DNA of 63,859 nucleotides, counting the filler, from Octopus bimaculoides (taxonomy: Eukaryota), in NCBI RefSeq assembly GCF_001194135.2. It is 6 parts of 6 records of this genome, joined end to end, with 100 filler letters (N's around TTAATTAATTAA, not from the genome) between each part and the next. Parts side by side here need not be neighbours in the genome. Positions count along the whole stretch, not along the records: positions 62,675 to 63,859 come from NC_068990.1; 5 more parts are not named here. One strand, written 5' to 3'. Position numbers and translations under genes: made by a program. Of this stretch, positions 63,770 through 63,859 are shown piece by piece. Numbering within the stretch: position 1 is the first letter of the stretch; every line of letters begins with the position of its first letter. The notes under the pieces were generated by a model. It had not been told where the DNA came from. It saw nothing but the letters and a program-made list of their open reading frames with translations, and ran no database searches.

Positions 63770-63859
63770 CAAACAGTTCAAATCCAAGGACTGGGTAAAA
63801 ATAAAATAGACATTACTGCAGCACCAACAGCAGAAGAACTGGAAGAATTCTGGAAACAA
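63770..63859 (+). mobile_element. Probable third R4/Dong copy, cut by the window end
   Basis: Starts right after (TAA)n at 63748-63769 and reads KIDITAAPTAEELEEFWKQ, resembling the pre-RT P..E..E.FW motif of this clade. Confidence 0.6.

Overview
AT-rich, microsatellite- and gap-laden animal genomic DNA. The SINE and LINE repertoire looks like an octopus genome (inference from recall of those families; no search was run). Almost all ORFs in the supplied track are microsatellite or N artefacts. Real coding content comes as small spliced exons. (1) A plus-strand NTAQ1/WDYHV1 (N-terminal glutamine amidohydrolase) gene has three visible exons (34171-34221, 37198-37343, 47676-47797); its penultimate and 5' exons are missing, probably in assembly gaps. 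(2) One ankyrin-repeat exon lies at 60398-60552. (3) An unidentified, hypothetical minus-strand exon chain spans 16496-23406. Mobile elements include several SINE families, RTE LINEs with a PHD-type zinc finger inside the RT region, R4/Dong elements stacked in (TAA)n tracts, CR1, Tx1 and Penelope remnants, a mariner pseudogene, and many foldback MITEs. The most unusual region is 49.3-56.7 kb: a degenerate ~162-bp tandem array invaded by three GG-terminated foldback elements. Two of these show an 8-bp TSD (Merlin-like). One carries a head-to-head TTAGGG/CCCTAA telomere-like palindrome at its centre, and its relative shows TTAGGG running into a gap. Five 100-bp spacers (44N-TTAATTAATTAA-44N) are artificial scaffold joins.
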